Assembly: GCF_002571385.2 (NCBI RefSeq)
Contig: NW_019217797.1
Span: 733,766 to 797,765 of the forward strand
Direction of reading: 5' to 3'
DNA from: Stylophora pistillata
Taxonomy: Eukaryota
Length of the DNA: 64,000 nucleotides
Below, one piece after another: positions 36,301 through 49,855 of this stretch; the first letter of the stretch is position 1; every line of letters starts with the position of its first letter. The notes under the pieces are model-generated. The model ran no database searches. It saw nothing but the letters and a program-made list of their open reading frames with translations, and was not told the DNA's origin. A program made the translations under genes and the position numbers.

Positions 36301-38771
36301 GGTTTCAAGATAAACTACTTTGAAGTTTTGTTTCCAAGCTATGTTTTGTCGTGCGTCTGACCTATTTTGGTCACAAGTTTCTTGATGATATCTGTTACAT
36401 AACCGAAGGGAAGATATCTTACATTTTCAGTTGACGTTTAATTAAAACAGGCCTCAACTCGAAGACTCTGAGTTCAATATTGAAACTTCTGTGCAGATCG
36501 TTAATGATATTATCTAACCCTTTGGACTTCACATGAGAGATCAAGTAAACAAAAAATACTAGGACGTTTGTCTACTTAGCACCTAAAACGCACAGGTTTA
36601 CATTCTTATTTGCCATCTCATTTTTGCCATCCAGTTTCTAAAAGGCTGTCATCAGCAGTCGGTCCTATAACTCTCTCTCAACATCATTGTGCAAGGTGCA
36701 GTAAGGTGTAGTGCCACCTTATTTTCAATTAAACGAAACATCACAGACGTGTGAACAAATGAGTCTCATTAGTACATTTTCCAAAATACTGCCGTGCAAT
36801 CCCCAGTACAGCGCTGTCTGTATGAAGCTTATCAGTGTAAAGGTAGCCAACACTGCTGCTAAATGAGTACTTACAAACGATGATTGAAAAGATCCAGGAG
36901 AACAGACGTCCTCATGGGTAAAACACGGGAATTACCCAAACCCAAATGACCTGCAAAACTGCCGCACTCTAATTTCTCTTTCAACATGACCGACATTGGA
37001 CAGTCATGATTCATAAAACGCCACAAAAATCGGCGATAATTGACAAAAATGCTACAATAAATCTAAGCGTCGTTTAATTTTAAGTCTGATGCTTGAATGC
37101 GTGAAGTATCCGAAGTAAATCAGACAAGTGAAAGCAAGTAGAAATCAATGAATTAGTGATAATATAGAGGGCAGCAGCCGCTCCGCAAAGCCTCATTCGC
37201 AGCATTTAAGAAATATTTTGATGATGGCACAATTACGTAAGCATTTGATATCGAGTACAATTTAAGACACAATGGTGTTTTAGAACCACAGTTTCGATTT
37301 AGAACAACCAACTGATAACTGGCAGATTATTATTATTTTTTGTTTTGACTAATCTTTGTAAAGTGTCTTCGGAAGTACGATTGCATTTCAAGCACACGTA
37401 CTATCCGAGTAACCTGCACTCAATGATACTAAGTGCAACCTGGATGACAAATCACAATCTTAAGTTAAGCGACTTAATTGAACAGTGATGGCCAGGGTAT
37501 CAGTGAAAGGGAAAAATGAGAAAATAAGCGAAGATATTTTTTTCAAAAGCGTGTCTTTTTTTTTTTTTTTTCGTAAGACGAAACCAAAGTAGAGAGGGAT
37601 TTGAGCTGCTCGACATGAGGCGTCAGTTTAAACCTTTGAGGTTTCTCATCCTGTATCAATAACAAGGGTAAGTTGATTATGCGAAATAACTTTGATATTT
37701 TTTAACCCCTTGATAGACATTTCTAAGCAACGACTGTAAATCTTATTGAGCGGGATATTAATTATAAGAAGTACGATTTGACAGGCGGACCTGAAACTCT
37801 GCTTTATTTGTTTGTCAGCTTAAGTTTACTGAAAAAAATAGAAAAAAGAAAAAGGTTCCCCAAACCTTCTACGTCAGGTGATGTTTTCAAGTTACATTAA
37901 GAATCTCGTCATCTAGTTTTATGGATAATTGTTATTTCTCACTAAAATCTTTACAAATAGTCTGAACGAAATAGGCTTATAATCTTCTATAAAGTAATAA
38001 CAAACTGTTGCAATAGCCGTCTTGTTTGCGCTAAGCATTCAGACTTTATTAAATAAGCTAATAGTTGGACAACAAATCTACCAAAATTGCTTTAAATACA
38101 GCAATTGACCGCGAAAAAAGAGACGCTCACAAGTCTCCGCAAGGATGATCACTTCATTACTTGCTCCGCGGACGATACCTGTCCATTTTTCAACTGCACG
38201 GAAGTGATGCAAATCTTGAAACAGCGTGACTGCTTTAATTTCCACCATGCGCCCGATGAGAGGCAAGTACAGTTCGGTGTTTTTACGACTCGAGTTTATC
38301 GTGAAACAGGTAATATTTGCTAAATTAAGAAAGGTGAATTTACTTTACACTGTTTACTTAACTCTCTTATTCCCATGCCAGAGGGTACCTCTGTGATAAC
38401 TTGTTTAAGTAAGATGGTTATCGTTTATTAAAACACTCAATAGCTTGATTAAAAAAAGGCTCAAACTACACAGATCCGATAACTTAATCGCATTGCACGC
38501 TAACGTGAAAATACCCAAAGTTTATGACTATGATTAACGGTGACTTTCCTCCTGAAGTAAAGATCTAATGATGCCACCCATTGGAGAGCAAGTCAACAAT
38601 CTTAGTGACAAAAAAAAAGCTAAGATGTGACGTGGTTTTCATGACAACAACAACAACGTTTCTCACGGATAAATGAAGGTTGCATTCCATGCACTTGAGG
38701 TACATTTACTCCAAAGAACGGTTTTATTGCTCTTCAGTTGCTGTTCTGAACTGTTTTTAGACTCATTATGG

Positions 38772-39536
38772 TTAAAAAACCGACGAGAGACCGCCACCAT
38801 CGCTGCCACTTAATTCGTCATCTTTCCAGAAGAAAACTGTCAATTCTGATACAAAACAAAATGAGAAATGAACTTCAGTTTCTAATTATCTTACGTATCA
38901 AAAAGCTTATCGCACACAGGTAAAGTTGCTGTTAAAAGTTCACGAACTGGTACGATATATTTAAATAGTCAAGCGGTGTAGTATTTCCCTCATAATTAAA
39001 CAAATTCCTTCTTTCCATTCCTCGCTACTAACACTTTTAAATACTCCCAAAAGTTTTTTTTTTGATTTTACTCCTTCTGTGCCTTAGATGATTGACAATT
39101 CTAGCCTCATCAAGAAGACGGCGTTCACAAGTTTACCACAAACGAATTACAAAACTGTTATCTTACCTTCTGATTCTACACCGAACGGGTCAAACTCAAG
39201 TGAAGTCACTGACAAATCTTCGTCCAAACTTTCTCCACCAATCATATCTTCGTGTTCTGTATTCGCCATTTCCAAGAGCTCTGTCAAATGCGATATATAC
39301 AACGCTGCTAAACGAATAGTATCGGTTTTTGAAGGCTTTTTCTCGTTCGGAAAGAGAGGAATGAGATCTCGCAAGCGATCTATGCCCTCGTTTATGACAT
39401 GGACTCGGTTTCTCTCGCGCGTATTCGCTATTCTTCGCTGTTTGCTTAAACCAGTCAGGCGCCGCCCTCGTCTTTTTGTCTTCTTCTTTGAAGTTGTTGC
39501 TCTTGGGGTTTCTTCTTCTGGAACTTCACTATCCAT
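38772..39536 (-). CDS. Cluster bHLH gene 2
   Basis: Exon 1 (39536-39167): KRRGRRLTGLSKQRRIANTRERNRVHVINEGIDRLRDLIPLFPNEKKPSKTDTIRLAALYISHL, donor G|GTAAGA. Predicted exon 2 (38845-38772) encodes ELTVFFWKDDELSGSDGGGLSSVF*. Confidence 0.9.
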
Positions 39537-41241
39537 GATGCTGTCTTAAAGAATTTAACTTGTTCTAAAAGATAGATCTGTTTTCTTTTAAAACCAAGAC
39601 AGCGGTCCGTCTGCCGGATTGTTGATCACTATCACCGAGAAAGCATTTTTAAGTTATTAGCCACAATGTCATACGTCAAAGCGGAGTCGTATTGGCTGCG
39701 ACTCGATGATGTTATTATCCAATAAGTTAGCCGGCTTTTGCTTAAAGAAAAAATAATCCAGTTAACAAATCTTGATATTTTGTGCTTACCCTAATACTAT
39801 GTGGCATTGCTGGCAGCCTTGCCATCGAGCAAACCGCGATTAGGATCTTCTCTCAAACGCTTAATCTAAGCAAACATACCTCATAGGGTCACCAGTGATC
39901 AGGAGATCGTAATCCATGTCATTGGATATGTTGGTTGCTAGTTGTCGCGGAAGTGGCACTTTGTAACCCTCTATCAACGGCTTATCCAAAGAGTCACTTT
40001 TAATACCAAACATAAATTGGATCTCTTTACGTCAAGAGCGGGATTGTGACTACAGGTAGCGGTGTGTCCACAACTGCTCTTCCGTTTACGTAAACGGAAT
40101 GCACCTAATGGCCATTTTTCTTCATGCAAAACGTTTTCGTTTCCAATCAACAATGCTGTAGCTATGTTACAGTTTACCTGACGTATTGACCGCAAAAAGA
40201 GGCTAAATAGGAGCTTGTAGGATCAGTTGGATTAAGCTTGGATGTCACGTCATCATTTATTTCGGCTGAGGCATCCCCCAGTTGCGGCAAGCAAAGTCAT
40301 CTCCAACCTGAAGGAGACAAAAAATATTACGGTTTGGCTATGATAGAAAAATACAAAAGGGTTCTAATGAAACAAAAAATGAACAGAAATGGGTAAGGAT
40401 GGAGAACATTGAAACACACTGCTAATGATGAACTGTTTCAGCAAACTATCAACTGACTTATGTTCAAGCAGTTCCTGTGATGGGCAGGGACCAAGGATAG
40501 TACGTGAAAACATGAAAATCTTCTTGTGGTTCATACCAAATTTTTCTTTAATAGAATGTGTTTATGACCTTGCCCTATCATCTTATTATGGAACCTTTTC
40601 CAGACAGGTATGTGTATGCACGCTAGGCCGGTTTACTGCGCACATTTTATTGGGGTTACGCTAAGTAGTTTTAACGTTTGAAATTGAGTTTGTTTAAGTA
40701 AACAAAAGATGGCGGCATGCAAGGTACGAATCAAAAATAAAGAAATGAGGACGTACGGCCGCTAATGTGCCGAATAAAAGAACCCCACAGAACAAGATTT
40801 AGCAGTGGCTTTATTCCTGTTGGTGGGTTCTTTGATTTGACTTTACTACCTTAAATGCATGTTTCTAGACTGCCTCAGAGTTGTGAGGTGAAATTCTTCT
40901 GATTTTGTTGATTCTAACCCTAACCTTTTGTTTATTATTGTTTGGTTAACCGTGCACGTGCTTGCTAATAGTTCGATGCTGCTCGTGGCATACTTTAAAA
41001 ATAGCACTAAAGGTAATTGGGATTTTCAGACAAGATCCTGTTTAAAAAATATATCGAGACCGGCGCAATGATTAGCTTTGTCTAGTTTAGGAGTGCACGT
41101 GAAATGACGTTTAGCTTAAGCTGTTATATCAAGACATGCAGCTATGTAAATCATTCAGCTCAGTCCTAGCTGTCCTGCACCGAGTTAAAGAACTATCGCT
41201 CCAGGATTGACTAAATAGAACAGAACCCCCTCCCCCCCCCC

Positions 41242-41985
41242 NNNNNNNNNNNNNNNNNNNNNNNNNNNNNNNNNNNNNNNNNNNNNNNNNNNNNNNNNNN
41301 NNNNNNNNNNNNNNNNNNNNNNNNNNNNNNNNNNNNNNNNNNNNNNNNNNNNNNNNNNNNNNNNNNNNNNNNNNNNNNNNNNNNNNNNNNNNNNNNNNNN
41401 NNNNNNNNNNNNNNNNNNNNNNNNNNNNNNNNNNNNNNNNNNNNNNNNNNNNNNNNNNNNNNNNNNNNNNNNNNNNNNNNNNNNNNNNNNNNNNNNNNNN
41501 NNNNNNNNNNNNNNNNNNNNNNNNNNNNNNNNNNNNNNNNNNNNNNNNNNNNNNNNNNNNNNNNNNNNNNNNNNNNNNNNNNNNNNNNNNNNNNNNNNNN
41601 NNNNNNNNNNNNNNNNNNNNNNNNNNNNNNNNNNNNNNNNNNNNNNNNNNNNNNNNNNNNNNNNNNNNNNNNNNNNNNNNNNNNNNNNNNNNNNNNNNNN
41701 NNNNNNNNNNNNNNNNNNNNNNNNNNNNNNNNNNNNNNNNNNNNNNNNNNNNNNNNNNNNNNNNNNNNNNNNNNNNNNNNNNNNNNNNNNNNNNNNNNNN
41801 NNNNNNNNNNNNNNNNNNNNNNNNNNNNNNNNNNNNNNNNNNNNNNNNNNNNNNNNNNNNNNNNNNNNNNNNNNNNNNNNNNNNNNNNNNNNNNNNNNNN
41901 NNNNNNNNNNNNNNNNNNNNNNNNNNNNNNNNNNNNNNNNNNNNNNNNNNNNNNNNNNNNNNNNNNNNNNNNNNNNNNNNNNNNN
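41242..41985. other. Assembly gap (744 N)
   Basis: Run of N preceded by a poly-C tract. Confidence 0.99.
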
Positions 41986-42968
41986 CAGCCACAAACTCTG
42001 GGGATCAACTATTTTCTATTTGTTGGTTTGGCGCAAAAATCTCCCCCAAGCCTTACATTCTCTGCTTTTCCCACTGTAAATAGCCTACAATAAACAAAAC
42101 TAGCGCAAAAGAAATTTAACGAGCTGTAATGCAAATATTCGTAGTTTGCGCCTCATTAAAACTGTATTGACACAGGGAGATAAGAGAATTTGAACTATTA
42201 GCACCACCATACCCGTATGGTAACGCGCTGGTGGTTTTATTGGGGAAAAATATTTTTTACTAGGGCCATGCATGATGGCACGAGTAGGGCCAGAAAAAGC
42301 CGTAAGATCCAATAAAAGTATAAAGAGGAGAGGAAGGCAGAGAAAGAGCAAATATCACATGATAAACTGCTCATCGAATGACTCAGGGTCGGGTCGGACG
42401 GGAAAAACATTGGCTCCCGGTCATCACTCACAGACAGGGCGCAACATGCAACAAAGTCATGACCTTGAGCCGAACTGAAATGTTCACGTCCGCGCCTCCC
42501 ACTCAGTCTGAATAAGTAGTGCTTAATTCATAACCGGGTCAATACCAAAAGTTGACCAATCAGTCTGCTCTTTTTATGGTCCTTCGATTTCCAATCTATA
42601 CTTATATACAGGTTCGCACCGATTATTGCAATAACTCCCAAACGACTCGGCGGCAGCGGTTTCAATTCAAAATGACGAACCCAACAGAAACTTTTAACAG
42701 AAAAAATGTCTTAAAATTTCTCGAATCAATTTGCTGAAAATGCTCATAATCTACTTCAAATCAGAATAATACTTACCTGAGATCTTAAATCAGTAAAATT
42801 ATTTTTCTCATTAGAAGCTGATGAAAGAAATATCCCGGACCGTCACAAATTCCAATGTCACGTCTTTCAGTTCCAAGTAAGGCAGAATTTAAAGCCACTG
42901 AGTCTGCCAACAGTAAGAACCATGTTTTTAATAATGTGTAAATTGCAGACCGGTGAATGTCGTGCTTT

Positions 42969-43068
42969 CAGAGCGAATGATGAAGGGCTAACGCTCGAAA
43001 CGACAGCTTTTTAACTCTTTGCGGTGGCCAATTTACAGTTTCAACTTATTAGTTGATATTACCAAATG
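42969..43068 (+). mobile_element. Penelope-associated short repeat with a degenerate minimal hammerhead core
   Basis: aTGATGA-AGGGC-TAAC-GCTC-GAAAC-GAC matches the CUGANGA...stem II...GAAA layout, but C3 and the cleavage triplet are mutated. The downstream tail is shared with 24082-24176. Confidence 0.6.
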
Positions 43069-44719
43069 TTCAAAGCTCTGTCTGTAGAATGAAATGAGAG
43101 CGTGTCCCTCACTATTCAATTGAAAAAATTTACAACTTACTGCGTTTTGAGATTCCAAAGAGTAACCTAACGCTCGGAACATTGCTGGTCTTTAAGTTTG
43201 CTAAAACTTCCAGCTACGAACGCTGCTACTTTGAAAACAAATGAGTAACCTGGCCACACACGTATAATATCCCAGAATTCAATTCAATTGGTGGGAGGCA
43301 AAGCGTGATTTACAAACAGTTGGTGTTCTGTTGGTCTCCGAAAATACTTAAATTGAGAAGGCATGATTTGCCTTTTACGTACTTCTCAGGAGTAAAAAAG
43401 TAGTACCTTAAAGTAATCGGGCATCTTTCCTTTGAATGAGTCAACTCTGAGGCATTTTTGAAAAGAGATTTCACTCAGTCAGTTCCCTTTCTCATCTATC
43501 ACTTAATCAAAGTTGGGACTACAGATCAACAATGAAGACCGTGCTGCTTAAGATGACAAAGCGACGTCCCACCACGACATCAATGCTTCTAATCAAGTAA
43601 ACTTTTGATTGAATTTACCTGAGAAAAATCAAGGTTGTTGAACTTTAAATGGGTTGAAGAAGAAGAAAAATGCCAGCTATTTTTTTTAATGACAAGTCAT
43701 AATTCACGAAGCTAATTTATGAATTGGAGTTTCTCTTTCCCAAACAACATATTTTTAGTAAGTAGCTTCCAGGAGATTTGTTTCATTTGATTTAATTATT
43801 GCCAATTAGAAGAGGTGCATGCTGTTCTAATCGTGTTTTCATTGTGACACAAGCACTGCAACAATTCACGCAAATACTGTTGAAAGCCGACGACGTGTAC
43901 AATAATGAGGATACTCTACGAACGCTTTTTTTTTTTTAACGCCTACCTGGCCTCCGCCAAGGGTCTCGTTCACCTGTTGATTAGTTATATTTCATTTTTT
44001 GTAAATCTAGAAACTTCCTTGGACATTTTCAGATCTAAACAGCGTTAGAAACATTCCTGGCATAGCAGGAATCAAGCGGCTCCTGCCCACAGGAATAAGT
44101 TTAAGTAAAAATGTGTTATTAGTTAAATGTGCCATTAGTTTGAGACCAAATGTTTCGCTATATCTCTATGATGCTTGGACTAGAAATAGATATGTTTGAA
44201 TTTCTCCATTGCAGTTTTGAGTGTTATTTCAATGTACCCAGTCAGAGACGATAAAATCATGGCATCTCCCTTCCAACAGAAGATTATTTCGATGTTGTTT
44301 CTTTTAAACAGTAGGCGTACTATAGGAATAAACTTACTTTATGGCTTTGAAATTCCCGTAACGAATCAAAAACATGTTAGATGGTGCATCAAGGTAAACA
44401 TGGGTTCTGTCTTTGCTTCAAGTAAATTGTCCTTACTCTATTTGGTTAAATTTCTCTATCGTATTTCTGAAAGCATTTTCAATTTACCCGCTGATGGAGA
44501 TGTTGTGTGTTGCCTATGGTCTTGGTGTACAACTTCCCTTTAACTCTCCCAAGCACCGTCTCCAATTCATTTGTCTCATGCATTTGATCTTAACGAAGCA
44601 ATTAGTTAAAAAACACATAACTAGGAAAATGAAGAGGGGAAGTTTTTCTCGAATGACTGTATCAAAAGAAATGCATTTTATTTGAGACCTGGATACTCGG
44701 TATTGATGCAAATCTAGTA

Positions 44720-45302
44720 GCGTTCTATGAGCTGCAATCTGACTGGCTACGCTGCTCGCTAACTATTCCGTGATAGATAATTAGTAAAGTAAATATTGAT
44801 ACAATGAATATATGAAGTTCATATATTTTGAACTGCGGTATTAAATACGTATGATGCACGGTCCTTCGCAGTAGATAGCGCTATTTATGCAATAGCGAAA
44901 ATCAGACCTGAAAAAATCAGGCCTGTACGGGATTCGAACCACTGACCTCTGCGATGCTAGTGCAGCGCTCTAACAAGCCAACTTATGCACTAGTATCGCA
45001 GAGGTCAGTGGTTCGAATCCCGTACAGGCCTGATTTTTTCAGGTCTGATTTTCGCTATTGCATAAATAGCGCTATCTACTGCGAAGGATCGTGCATCATA
45101 CGAAAGTAAATACTGTAGCTTAACAGTGTGTGGTTAACACGAAAGCGTGATCCTGTCTTTTATTAAGATTTGAACGAATACTAGATTTACGATAAAACAA
45201 TTTAGTTATGAGCTAGTAATGTTTTATTGCGCGAGAGTTTGATTCGCTCTTCGCCCTCTTCAACTATCACGTGATAGAATTCTCGATCTCATGATCTAAT
45301 TG
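44720..45302. mobile_element. Older hairpin-ended interspersed repeat (CTGACTGGCT near the left end; ATAAAACAA...ATCTAATTGT hairpin at the right end) that hosts the nested insertion at 44796-45102
   Basis: Same layout as 21137-21516: a CTGAxTGG motif near the left end and a terminal imperfect hairpin starting ATAAAACAA. Degenerate. Confidence 0.4.
44796..45102 (-). mobile_element. Palindromic tRNA-derived retroposon with 117-bp inverted arms, flanked by 10-bp TSD AAAGTAAATA
   Basis: Arms at 44848-44964 and 44986-45102 differ at 2 positions. Each arm carries a B box GGTTCGAATCC (44930-44940 on minus, 45010-45020 on plus). Direct repeats at 44786-44795 and 45103-45112. Confidence 0.85.
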
Positions 45303-48300
45303 TGAAAATATCCAGTAAACTACTGTAATGAATTAACACTTTCTCGTAAATGAAACTCTGAAGCCCCCCTTTATTTCTGACTTCTTCAGTTACTATTATC
45401 AACCAGGAAACCTACCGATTTTGTTTCATCACTTTCCGTCTAATCATTATTTTCAACCACATGGTACTGCTTAGCAATTAAAATATATTATTCGATTCGA
45501 TTCTGACGCAAATTGCCATATTTTTATTTAATTTGTTTTAAATGGTGGTTTAAATGTTCTGTGAATATTATTTCGAACAGCTATTAACTCATTATCATTA
45601 TCATTATCCATTCAATTGTCGACAAAATCAATCAGCGTTTTTTCAGGTAACTTCTGCGATGAAACTCTGCTTAGTCAAGCCAGGTTTCATTTGAGTTGAG
45701 CTGGCTGGCGAGCAGACAAAAGTCTCTTAGTCTTTTAGTATTTTGATAAACCGCAACCTTTTTCAGGATCCTTTTTTAAGAAGAGATAGCAGAGTAAATG
45801 GTCTTAGAATCGCAATTTTACCATTCAAGAACCCATCCTTTGGATCACTTCTAGAGTGGTTGGGCATATGAAGATGTGGTGCTTAATCGGATGAGGGGTT
45901 TTGTAGGTTGATTGAATTACAAAAATTGTGATTGATCATTGTCTTATTTCAGGATCGTATAATTATCATGCATTTCTGTCTTTGGGAGACAGTGTATATG
46001 TTACTGCATTTGGTGATTCACTTGTCATCAGAATACTCCATGCCTTACTGAGCACTTACAACTCTTACCGCCGCTGTAACTAATATGTCTTTGAAAAGGG
46101 GGTTCGTTTATGATACTTTTAAATGATTGAAGTTTTCACGAAATGCTACCATATATGGCAACTTGACAACCTTGACAAGATTTAATATATTTTGTAGTAC
46201 GTAGTTTCTTGAAGGGAAATTGTGCACAACAGACTCAAAAGCACGATATGAAATGTGTTTCGATTCCTTTCGGGCTTTTGGCTACGTCACTCATCATAGA
46301 GCTAGTTGGCGTTTTTCTTTGACGCCAATGCTCATCCCATGTACTCAAAAATAATTTAGCCCTCTGCCTTGCCGTGCAGTTGGGAGAACGGCTACTGTCC
46401 ATTTGAGATTATTTTTTGACAAAATGATTTTTTCCCTCCATAAAGATTCAAACAATCACAGCCTTTTCCAGCTGTAAATAATTGGCATTTTGATGATCAT
46501 TCATTTAAATCATGTGACATAATTTATCGATCAAATGCATTGAACGAGTTTCGAAGATTAAAGCTTCGAAGTAAGCAAAATTGGACTTGAACAATTAGGA
46601 TTCACTTTGTCGACATCGTGACGGCTTCTTCCACTTCTTCTAACTACCTGCCGAAACCACATAACGCTCGGGTTAGTAGATATCTATTAGCAAAAACGTA
46701 AGACCAAACCTTGTGAGCAGTTTACTATCTGTATAAAGGCTTTTCAACAGTCCTTTAAATATAAACCACTTACCGTGATTCCTTTATCAGAATGACTTTG
46801 AAAGATATTGGCCAAAGGAAGCTCGACACTATACAGAGACGATTTACTAACGATTCAGGTCTCAGTTCTCATAATTCTGAGTTATGTCATGATGAGACTC
46901 ATGGAACAAAGTTAACACGGATATGTGACTATGATAGTTTTAGCTGAACGGTCGGCAAAAGGGTTAATTGAAATAACCGAAGTTTTAAACAAAGTGCACT
47001 GAAAATGATCATCAAACTCACTTTGTTTTTGATGGTCAAATATTGGAGCCAAATACTCCCCATCTGTATTTTTCGTCACCATCTGAATATTAAATAATCA
47101 GTCAGCACACTGAACTTTAACCATTTTGTTTCTAACTCTCAAGATGAACAATCAGAAAAAAAAAAAGTTATTATTTTAATCACCCTAACTATATTGAAAA
47201 CCTGCCAGTTCACTTTTTATTAGCACGTACTTCTCATTAACGAATGCTGCGGTTAGATTTTTTAGTTTTTTTTTTTATCAAATGAGGACGCCCAAAGTCA
47301 TCCTTCATTGCCTCCTAAGGACAATGAAGTTAGGTTTGAATCATGAAATACATTTCAGGAAGGGTTAAACAATATGTGACTTTTCTATTTTTACATTGAT
47401 AGATTAAAAGCTTTCCATCAGGACTCTGCGAGTTTGATTTAGTAAACATCATACCTTCTGCGCCGCAAACACATAACTGGCCAACTTCTTAACAAAACTC
47501 AGACATCAAAACAACCGCAAATTACCACATGTCAATCGCAAAGGACTTAATCTACGAGCCAAAATCCACAGAAATGAATGTAGCTTTTATAACCACAGCC
47601 AGGTATAAAAAATTATATGAACTATTAGTCTAGGGTTAGAAAAATAACGACTTGGTCACCGTTCCAGCCGCCGTCAAAGAACCGATGAGACTCAAGTGAC
47701 AAAACTCCCCAACCACATAGACTTATACTACGGTTATACATGCAGCTTATTCTAAGCCCCAACAAGGTCGTCTGGCTATGCAAGTTGGTAAATCGTTTTA
47801 ATCTTCCCATACCATGGACACTTGTGGTAGAAGGTGACTGCGGGTGTTATGACGAGCTGAAAAACATTTAAACAGTGATAGTGTTCACACGAAATGGACA
47901 AAACAGGACCTTTACAAGTCGTTTCCTTTAATTTTTTTATTCTCTTCCGTGAGGATTCTCTGTGAAACACGAGGAAGTAACACTCATTACATCCACAATA
48001 TCATACCAAAGTATTCAGTTAGAATATAAAGTGACATGAAAACTTTGTACGACTCACGTTTTTTTTTTACCCTAAGCTCGTGCTGAAAAAGCTACTTTCT
48101 AGTGGGAGTTTCCTGTGAGTAAGTGGCCCATTGCATGCGCTCATTTAACATGTTTAAGTTTCCATTATACAATTAACTTTTTTTACCGCAAAATAATGTA
48201 ATTCTCAGCTGGTTTTAATTTGGATTTGTCTCATCTAGCCCACCCATTTTTTTTGTTCCGCTGAATTCATTCCAGAAAAAGCCAATGCCCCCCTTTTTTT

Positions 48301-49158
48301 TAAGAATACAGATTAAAATAATTACCTTGCGGTGGTCAAAATGAGTGGTGTTTTTGGCAAAAACATACCATAGGTTTAGACTGAAAAGTATCCGGAATTA
48401 CTGAAGATAATCCCAAAACAGAGTCATATTTAGTCGAACTACACGCTATCTATAACTGCATATAACACGAGACAAGTTCCAAAGAGTTCTAGGACAATGG
48501 GCTTGAAATAGAAACAAGTATAGGTTTCTTCGGCGAAATTTTAATTAAGCATCGCGACGTTTTCCATGTCTGTACTTGTGAAGTCCGTGGTGAGGACACA
48601 AGCCTCGATGAAATAATGATTGAGAAAATTAAGTGGGAAGAACTGTTTCCGGCGGTGACATCCGCAAAACTTAATATTCGTATTGTGGGCCTTGTCATCA
48701 TGGCAATATATAGTAAATCAGGGTGATTTGTTGCACATTTTCTCTGGTAAATATATCTCATACCAAAATGACCTCTTTTTAACCAAATTGCTGGCCGATA
48801 AGTTGAAATTAACCCTTACGACTATTTGAAGTATCCGTCAAAAACTTTGCTTCCTGGCGCTCTATACGTTAAGAGTTGAGATAGCTGCGATGTTGACTTC
48901 GAAACGTTTTTAGTGAGTAAAGGTCAAGTGATTTTGCAGTTTTTCGTGTCTAAGAATTAATTTCTTCTTGGACGGATACTGCGGAGGTGTGTAACTGGAT
49001 CTAACCGATCTCTAATCAAAAGTGGGAGGAGATTGTTTGTATTTGACTTGTATTGGGTTGTAGTTTGTCTGCAATTGTTTATATCTCGCATTCCACGAGG
49101 CAGCGAACATCTCCGTAAAAGCATCATCACACACATCAGAGAGTCAAGTTAAACTAAA

Positions 49159-49855
49159 ATGGGTCAAAAAGAAATTGAAGGCAGGCACGGGAAGGAAGAT
49201 AAAAACGCCAAGAGGAAGACTAAGCGGCGACCACCTCGATTAACCGGAGTCAGTAAACAACGTAAAATGGCAAACGAACGAGAGAGACGAAGAGTACACG
49301 CTTTAAATTCACATATTGAAAACCTCCGGGAGTTAATTCCACTCTCGCCATTTGAGAAACGGCCGACCAAGACTGAAGTGATTTGGATGGCAGCAACTTA
49401 TATCAGATTTCTCACTGATCTGCTAGAAAAACTGAAGACCGACAAAACTGTTGAAAATACATGCAACGACTCTGATGAAATTCCTCAAAATTTGGACCTC
49501 ACGTTTGTAGACATGGCAGGTTAGTAGTGTTCATAAAATTTGTATTTATTCCTTCGCATTTATGATATCATAAAATTTGTTATATCTTGTGTATTTTAAT
49601 TCTACAGTGACCGATATCTTTGGCCTTAACGATTGTTCGGCAGCATCTGAGCTGAATCTGGACGCATATGAACTTTTATTCCTCACAGGTAAATCAATAA
49701 TTCGGCGATATTTTTTTATTCTCTACATCTTATGAAAACACCTAAAAAATGTCTGTTTTGTCGTGTTATAGAGCTCCTAATTTTAAGGATTTCTTTTTTT
49801 AATGTTGTTTCTATTCATTTTTATAGACTCCGAGGGATCCTTAGACGAAAATTGA
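49159..49855 (+). CDS. Cluster bHLH gene 3
   Basis: Exon 1 (49159-49519): [64 protein letters not shown]. Predicted exons 49608-49688 (VTDIFGLNDCSAASELNLDAYELLFLT) and 49827-49855 (DSEGSLDEN*), all GT-AG and phase 1. Confidence 0.9.

Noticed and set aside
40884-40897. GAGGTGAAATTCTT, matching a conserved 18S rRNA stretch
   Set aside because: Only 14 nt, and the flanks do not resemble rRNA.
41129-42008. Three long ORFs (265-287 aa)
   Set aside because: Artefacts of translating through the N gap.
42272-42478. Basic ORF (KRRGRQRK) as a possible seventh cluster bHLH
   Set aside because: Lacks RLTG, ANxRER and HLH residues.
44480-44660. Minus-strand hydrophobic stretch plus ETVLGRVKG, reminiscent of a carboxylesterase N-terminus
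   Set aside because: The two pieces are in different frames and no FLGIPYA or other downstream motif follows.
44848-45102. Functional tRNA gene(s) in the palindrome
   Set aside because: Only the B box/T-arm is intact. There is no acceptor stem or complete D arm, so it is a tRNA-derived repeat.
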